A stretch of DNA of 64,000 nt, taken from assembly GCA_965198225.1 (NCBI GenBank), contig CBDAOY010000006.1, positions 864,001-928,000 of the forward strand. Reading direction: 5' to 3'. Each line of letters opens with the position of its first letter. The first letter of the stretch is position 1. Source of the stretch: Terriglobia bacterium (GTDB lineage Bacteria > Acidobacteriota > Terriglobia > 20CM-2-55-15). The position numbers and the translations under genes are program-made. A model generated the notes under the pieces. The model was not told the origin of the DNA. It ran no database searches and saw only the letters and a program-made list of their open reading frames with translations. Below, in pieces: positions 58,668 through 64,000 of the stretch.

Positions 58668-59732
58668 CTAGTACATTCGCGCTTTGTCGAGGACGTTTCG
58701 CATGTCGTCGATTCGGTCCTCGAGGTAGCAGCGGAGGTTGTGGCAGAAGATGTCTGTGATCTTGCCGTTCTCGCTTTCCGCAGTGCTGGCGGAATGCGGA
58801 CTGATGAGCACGCTCGGCAGATCCCAGAGCGGGTTGTTCGGGTCCAGCGGTTCGACCGCAAAGGGATCCAGGGCGGCCAGAGCGATTCGGCCGGACTGCA
58901 GGTTCCGGGTCAATGCTTCCAGATCGACGACCTGTCCGCGCGCGATGTTGACGAAGACAGCGCCCGGTTTCAAGGCCGCGAAGGCCGCTTCGTCGATCAT
59001 TCCTTCCGTGTCCGGCGTGTGCGGAACGCTGAGGACGAGTGCGTCGGCTTCCCTCAACATCTGATGCAGGGCATCGTGCGGGAACAGGACCTCGATCCCG
59101 AGCTGCTCCGCGGTCCGGTCCGAGCCGGCCCGCGCCAGTGCGACGACGCGCATGCCGAGACAACGCCCGACCTCGGCGACACGCCGGCCAAGTTCCCCGA
59201 CACCGATGATGGCGAGCGTTTTGCCTGCCAGCTCGTCTCCACAGAATCGCGCCCAGTGGTGTGCCTTCTGCTCGGCCTGAAGGTGTGGCAGCCGCTTTAC
59301 GTGGCTGAGCAACGCCAGGAAGACGAATTCGCTGAGCGGGCCCGCGTGGACGCCCCGCGCCGTCGTAATCAGGATGTCGGACTCCTGGAGGCCCAGGCGC
59401 TTGACCGTTTGCCCGACGCCGGAACTCGTCGTCTGAATCCACCTCAAGTTCGGGGCCAGGTTGATCCCCTTGGTGCCATCCGAAGCAGAGGGCGGAAAAT
59501 CCCATAGGATGTCTGCTCGGGCGAGATGACCTCGCCAGCGCTCCTCCTGTTCCTCACTCAGAACAAAGCCGTCCTGTCCTGCGTGATCGGCGGTGTATCT
59601 GGTCGGCGGCAGCAAATCGGGTTCGTATATGACCTCGAGTCTCTCCGGATCGGCCGCCTTGATCCGGTCCACATGTTCCGCTTCCAACGGTGTTGCGATG
59701 AACACCGCCAATCGTGCTTGTTCGCCTGTCAT
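58668..59732 (-). CDS. D-2-hydroxyacid dehydrogenase
   Basis: IIGVGELG, VNIARG, LDPFAVEPL, SPHSA. Confidence 0.92.
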   Translation of the reverse strand: MTGEQARLAVFIATPLEAEHVDRIKAADPERLEVIYEPDLLPPTRYTADHAGQDGFVLSEEQEERWRGHLARADILWDFPPSASDGTKGINLAPNLRWIQTTSSGVGQTVKRLGLQESDILITTARGVHAGPLSEFVFLALLSHVKRLPHLQAEQKAHHWARFCGDELAGKTLAIIGVGELGRRVAEVGRCLGMRVVALARAGSDRTAEQLGIEVLFPHDALHQMLREADALVLSVPHTPDTEGMIDEAAFAALKPGAVFVNIARGQVVDLEALTRNLQSGRIALAALDPFAVEPLDPNNPLWDLPSVLISPHSASTAESENGKITDIFCHNLRCYLEDRIDDMRNVLDKARMY

Positions 59733-59813
59733 ATTCGTGCTCTCAGTTCTTGAACGAAAAACCGGCGCTCTCTGATGAGCGCCGGTCTTGCTTCCAGGTC
59801 CGCGATTCCGCCT

Positions 59814-60614
59814 TCAATGAGTCATCGCATAGATGACATAGTTCACACCGAGGCGGTACGCAAGGCCCGTCATTTCGGCCGGATAGTACGGATCGTCGGC
59901 GTGCTCCCAGGCATCGCCCATGTCGATGTTGAAACTGATGGCGACCATCAGGCGACCCTTGTCGTCGTATATACCGCGCCAGTGCGGCGGCCCAGCCATT
60001 GCGGCGACAACCTGTCCCCGCCCCCAGCGCAAGTGCCGGCGGCCGGGGATCTGGATGCGGTCTCCCAGGTCGAAGAAGACGTTCATGAGCGGGTCGTCGT
60101 CCGGGATCTCGACGATCGGTTGGTCCGGCAACACCCGTTGCATCGCCGACTCGAAAACGTACCAGTCGTACTCGCCGTGGAAGTCATCCACCACCAGGAA
60201 TCCGCCACGCAACAGATATTCTCTCAGGCTTTCGGCTTCGAGCGCGTTCGGTTGCCAGTTTCCCTGCCCGACCTGCTGCATGAAGAGAAACGGATGACCG
60301 AAGATGCGATCGTCGATCACTTCCAGATGCCGGCTGTCATCGGCGACCGTAAGGTTGGTGAGCCGATCGAGCGCCGGCAGGAAGTGCGCTTCGGCCATCG
60401 GGTAGTCGATGGCCCACCACGGCTGTCGGTACCCCCGGGAGCCGGCGCCGCCCCACGTTCGATACACCACCCGGGCCATATGGAACTCGGCTTCGGGCGA
60501 GTCGCCGCGTGTGTCGAAGTATCCCTGGCTACTGGCGATTCCGGCCAGGACACAAACGATCAATCCGGCGGCGGCCGCTCGCACCTTCATATTCCGGCCT
60601 CGAGCCCGATGCAT
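59814..60614 (-). CDS. DUF4159 domain protein, exported (start may be 60590)
   Basis: WAIDYP, LREYLLRGGFLVVDDFHG, DMGDAWE, GVNYVIYAMTH. Confidence 0.88.
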   Translation of the reverse strand: MHRARGRNMKVRAAAAGLIVCVLAGIASSQGYFDTRGDSPEAEFHMARVVYRTWGGAGSRGYRQPWWAIDYPMAEAHFLPALDRLTNLTVADDSRHLEVIDDRIFGHPFLFMQQVGQGNWQPNALEAESLREYLLRGGFLVVDDFHGEYDWYVFESAMQRVLPDQPIVEIPDDDPLMNVFFDLGDRIQIPGRRHLRWGRGQVVAAMAGPPHWRGIYDDKGRLMVAISFNIDMGDAWEHADDPYYPAEMTGLAYRLGVNYVIYAMTH

Positions 60615-60656
60615 GGGAGAATTCTACCGCATCCTTCCCCTCCGATGAGGTCCGCA

Positions 60657-61703
60657 TCACCGTCGTATTCGCTGGACCACCAGCAGCCGTTCGCGGAGGT
60701 CGTCGGCCTTTCCTGCCTCCTCCAGCTTGCTCCACAGGGTTGCCACGGTCCGGGCGTCAACGAAGCCCGGGACCGTGGTTCGCCACTCCTGGTCCTGCCG
60801 GAAACTGTCGACGGCGTCCACCGCCTCCTGCGTATACCGGTTCCTCTCCGGGTCGTCGTTCGAGAGCTCCTCCTCGTCGCTGCGGAAGTAACCCAGGGCG
60901 TGGAGCATGAGCTTCAGCTGGAAGACATCCCGGCCGGTCTCCTGCTGGAGGGTGCGGAAGCCGAGGGTTTCCGAGATCGTGTTGTAGATCCGCCGCATCT
61001 CGCCGAGCGGGTTGGGATGCTCGCAGACGTTGATCTGCACCGTCAGGCCGTCCTCACGCCGCGCCATCCCGGGCCGCGGATCCGCCACGATCACGGCCGC
61101 CGACTGCGTCTCACCATGGCGACCGTCCCCACCCAGCTCGTGACCGGCGTTCAAGGCCTCGATGAGGCGGTCGGCCAGGTTGCGGTGCTTGCCCTCGCTC
61201 GCTTCGAACGTGTTGGCTACGGCGTCGAGTACATCCGGACCGAACAGGGAGTTTCCCTGGGCCACGTAAGTCGCACCGGAGCGGTGGCCGAACCAGGGGG
61301 TGTGGTTCCCGGAGTGCTGGGCCGACTGGCCGTCGACGCCGATGACGCCAATCTGCCGGCGCTGGGCGTTCTCGTCCTCGGCCAGACGGCGCGCCAGCGC
61401 CGCATCGGGAGAGACGCCTTCGGCCATGAGATCCAGCAGCTCGTAGCCGTACTCGGTGCGCGTGGAAGCCTGGGTCGCCACCGCGCCGACGCCCTTCCGA
61501 ACCCAGGGTACGCCGTTCCCGACGCAGGGGTTCCGCGTCGTGACCGCGACGCCCGACTCCCCCGTATCCATGTCCACTGCTGCGATGGAAAAGGTATGGA
61601 AGACGAGATCCTCTCCCCACGCCGCCGGTTCCTGCGCGGCCGCGGGCACTGCCAAAAAGAGCACCGCTCCAACACACGCCGCAAAGACTCGCTTTGTCGC
61701 CAT
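60657..61703 (-). CDS. DUF1028 (Ntn-hydrolase-like) protein with C-terminal peptidoglycan-binding domain
   Basis: Signal peptide; H-TFSIAAVD; GAVATQA; RQIGVI; GGDGR..QSAA; LHALGY...AVDSFR...GFVD; GGAGGT RBS. Confidence 0.88.
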   Translation of the reverse strand: MATKRVFAACVGAVLFLAVPAAAQEPAAWGEDLVFHTFSIAAVDMDTGESGVAVTTRNPCVGNGVPWVRKGVGAVATQASTRTEYGYELLDLMAEGVSPDAALARRLAEDENAQRRQIGVIGVDGQSAQHSGNHTPWFGHRSGATYVAQGNSLFGPDVLDAVANTFEASEGKHRNLADRLIEALNAGHELGGDGRHGETQSAAVIVADPRPGMARREDGLTVQINVCEHPNPLGEMRRIYNTISETLGFRTLQQETGRDVFQLKLMLHALGYFRSDEEELSNDDPERNRYTQEAVDAVDSFRQDQEWRTTVPGFVDARTVATLWSKLEEAGKADDLRERLLVVQRIRR

Positions 61704-62021
61704 TTGAACACCTCCGCTCATACGTAGAACATCCATTGAGCCTGCAGCCTACGAGTCGACTTTGCGACGTGTCAACCGATTTGAGACTCCGGTCAAGACA
61801 GGCAGGTCCCTTTCGGGCGATGTGCTGGTATTCGCAGCCCTGTCCATCGTCAGTCAGCCGGGATTCTCCGAGAGACTCCGCGGTCCGCAATCTGAAGGGC
61901 CTGATAAACCGATGGCGCAAGGATCTCGATCTGCAATAGAGTTCGACGCAGTTGGAGATGCCATGCTGAAGCAATGCGCGATCGGTCACGTCGACCTGTG
62001 GCTCCTGGGGGAGTTCGCCCC

Positions 62022-63038
62022 GTGAGCGGGCGTGTGCTCGGCGAGCGCGACCTGAATCGCGCCCTGCTCGCCCGTCAACTCCTGCTGGAGCGCTCCCGGG
62101 TGCCCCTGCCGCGAGCCCTCGAGCGAATCGGTGGCATCCAGAATCAGTATGCGCCGAACGCCTACATTCGCCTCCGGTCGTGTCTCGACGGGTTTCGGCG
62201 AGACGACCTGACCCGCGCATTGAATCGCCGCAAAGTCGTCCAGGCGACCCTGATGCGGACAACGATTCACCTGGTCTCGTCCCAGGACTACTGGCCACTG
62301 GCGATCGGAGTGCGGCGCGCCCGGCGCGAGTGGTGGCTCAGGCTCCAGAAGGGAACCGTCTCGCAGCACGAGATGAGGCGGCAGGCGAAACGCCTTCGAA
62401 CTGCGCTCGAGGAAGGTCCGGTGTCGGTGCGGGACCTGAAAGAGTTCGCGAGTCACTTCGACCTCTGGATCGACCTGGTTCGGGTTCCACCGTCGGGGAC
62501 CTGGGAGCGGCGACGCGCGAATATTTACGGGCTGGCCGAGACGTGGCTGGAGCCGGGCGAAGTGACGGAGCGGGAGGGACTGGAGCACCTCGTGCGGCGC
62601 TATCTGGGCGGCTTCGGGCCCGCGCCGCTTGCCGACATCGCGCACTGGGCCGGCGTGCCGGCCTCCATGCTCACACCGGTCGTCGAGCGTCTGATCTTGC
62701 GCCGGTTCAAGGGCGAGTCTGGCGAGCTGCTCGACCTGCCGCGAGCCCCATTGCCCGATAGAGACACTCCAGCACCGGCGCGTTTGCTCCCGAGTTGGGA
62801 CGCTACCCTGCTGGTGCACGCGCGGCGAACCGGGATCCTGCCGGAGCCCTACCGCAAGATCGTGTTCAACATCAAGAAGCCGCAGTCGATGCCGACGTTC
62901 CTCGTCGACGGGCGCGTTGCGGGCGCCTGGAAGGAGGAGCGAGGGAGGATCCTGCTCGAGCCGTTCGGGCCGGTTTCTCGTGGCGCCCGGCGCGAGCTCG
63001 ACGAGGAGGGAGAACGGATGCTCGCGCTCTACGTCTAG
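62022..63038 (+). CDS. AlkZ-like winged-helix DNA glycosylase (HTH_42)
   Basis: LNRALLARQLLL, GIQNQ, MRTTIHLV, RRYLGGFGPA, LVDGRVAGAW. Confidence 0.88.
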   Translation: MSGRVLGERDLNRALLARQLLLERSRVPLPRALERIGGIQNQYAPNAYIRLRSCLDGFRRDDLTRALNRRKVVQATLMRTTIHLVSSQDYWPLAIGVRRARREWWLRLQKGTVSQHEMRRQAKRLRTALEEGPVSVRDLKEFASHFDLWIDLVRVPPSGTWERRRANIYGLAETWLEPGEVTEREGLEHLVRRYLGGFGPAPLADIAHWAGVPASMLTPVVERLILRRFKGESGELLDLPRAPLPDRDTPAPARLLPSWDATLLVHARRTGILPEPYRKIVFNIKKPQSMPTFLVDGRVAGAWKEERGRILLEPFGPVSRGARRELDEEGERMLALYV

Positions 63039-63097
63039 TCAGAAGCTACTGCCGGCGAGATCCTTGTGTGGCTGATCGGATTGGTCTAGTCTGCTCT

Positions 63098-64000
63098 TGC
63101 TTATACGGTTGGTTCAGCACGCCACTATATGTAGTGTAAGGGGGTGCGCCCTCCGTTTCCAAAGAATATGCGCGAGTTCCAGCGGCAATTCTCCAGTGAC
63201 GAGGCCTGTCAAGACTACTTGGCGGCGTGTCGCTGGCCGGAAGGCTTCACATGTCCTCGTTGCGGGCACAGGCGGGCCTATCGGATGCTGAAACATCGAC
63301 GGTGGCAATGCGCCGCTTGTCGGTACCAGGTCTCGTTGACGGCCGGCACAATTCTCCACAGCACAAGAACCCCACTGACCGTATGGTTCTGGGCGACCTA
63401 TCTGATGGTCACCGATAAACGGGGAATCTCGGCGCTCCTGTTCCAAGAGCAGCTGGGGCTGAGCCGGTACGAAACCGCCTGGATGCTGTTACACAAGCTG
63501 AGACGCGCGATGGTTAACGCGGCCCGTGAGCCGTTGTATGGCGAGGTGGAGATCGACGACACTTGGATCGGCGGACCGCAGCCCGGCCTGAGGGGCAGTC
63601 GTCAGCTCAAAGGGCGAAAGGCCGCCATTGTGCTGGTTGCCGTTGAAAAACGGGGCCGTATCTCGGGTCGAATCCGGATGGCCGTGGCCCCGAATTTCAA
63701 AAAGACGACGATGATCGATTTCGTCAAGCAAACCGTTGCACCAGGATCGACGGTTTACACCGACGGCCTGAAAGGCTTCGAGGGCATTCCGGCAGCGGAC
63801 GTTCAGCACGTTCCCCGTCCTCAACCTCGCAGGACGGAGCTGCGCAAAGGCGTACCCTCGGTCGTGCCGCTTGCGGACCGCGCGATCGGCAACCTGCAGC
63901 AGTGGCTGATTGGGACCTACCATGGGGTCAGTAAGGCGCAACTGCAGGTCTACCTGGATGAGTTTGTGTTTCGGCACAATCGTCGGCGGCAACCGATGGC
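63098..64000 (+). mobile_element. IS1595-family element, left part (runs off right edge)
   Basis: Transposase below; left end approximate (near GCTTATACGGTTGGTTCAGC); right end not in window. Confidence 0.75.
63144..64000 (+). CDS. IS1595 family transposase (partial)
   Basis: Absent from the ORF track. Manual translation: FPKNMREFQRQF..RWPEGFTCPRC..WQCAACRYQVSLTAGT..AWMLLHKLRRAM..VEIDD..VYTDG..GTYHGVS..YLDEFVFRHNRR. Confidence 0.93.
   Translation, partial: MRPPFPKNMREFQRQFSSDEACQDYLAACRWPEGFTCPRCGHRRAYRMLKHRRWQCAACRYQVSLTAGTILHSTRTPLTVWFWATYLMVTDKRGISALLFQEQLGLSRYETAWMLLHKLRRAMVNAAREPLYGEVEIDDTWIGGPQPGLRGSRQLKGRKAAIVLVAVEKRGRISGRIRMAVAPNFKKTTMIDFVKQTVAPGSTVYTDGLKGFEGIPAADVQHVPRPQPRRTELRKGVPSVVPLADRAIGNLQQWLIGTYHGVSKAQLQVYLDEFVFRHNRRRQPM

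Noticed and set aside
61762-62025. 87-aa ORF overlapping the alkZ-like start
   Set aside because: No motif or RBS; likely intergenic or a remnant.

Overview
GC-rich bacterial chromosomal window, probably Acidobacteriota. That call is an inference from the ADOP-type permease, the DUF1549/1553-DUF1501 locus and the style of the secreted proteins. Left half: an AddB-like gene running off the edge, a PLP aminotransferase, a GcvT-like gene with twin phytoene-dehydrogenase-like flavoproteins, a frameshifted PAS-GGDEF-EAL gene, USP-Lon, a MASE1 hybrid kinase, a DUF1549/1553-DUF1501-propeller operon, porin-cupredoxin-adenylate cyclase, DUF2182/DUF1326, YjiH and a CBS protein. Middle (about 31.8-41.8 kb): a decayed zone around tRNA-Ala(GGC) with gene debris and nested IS21, IS4 and IS91-like elements. 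Right half: DinB, sahR-ahcY, an ADOP permease, vapB with a deleted vapC, DmpA, GlcG, a modular secreted protein, a peptide ABC transporter, a 2-hydroxyacid dehydrogenase, DUF4159, DUF1028, an AlkZ-like glycosylase and a truncated IS1595. The strongest unexplained signals are non-coding. There are three diverged ~276-bp CTAG-bounded elements with compensatory base changes and a conserved multi-arm fold, GTAG-REP heterodimers between convergent genes, and inverted heptamer arrays. All family calls come from motif recognition by eye; no database search was run.
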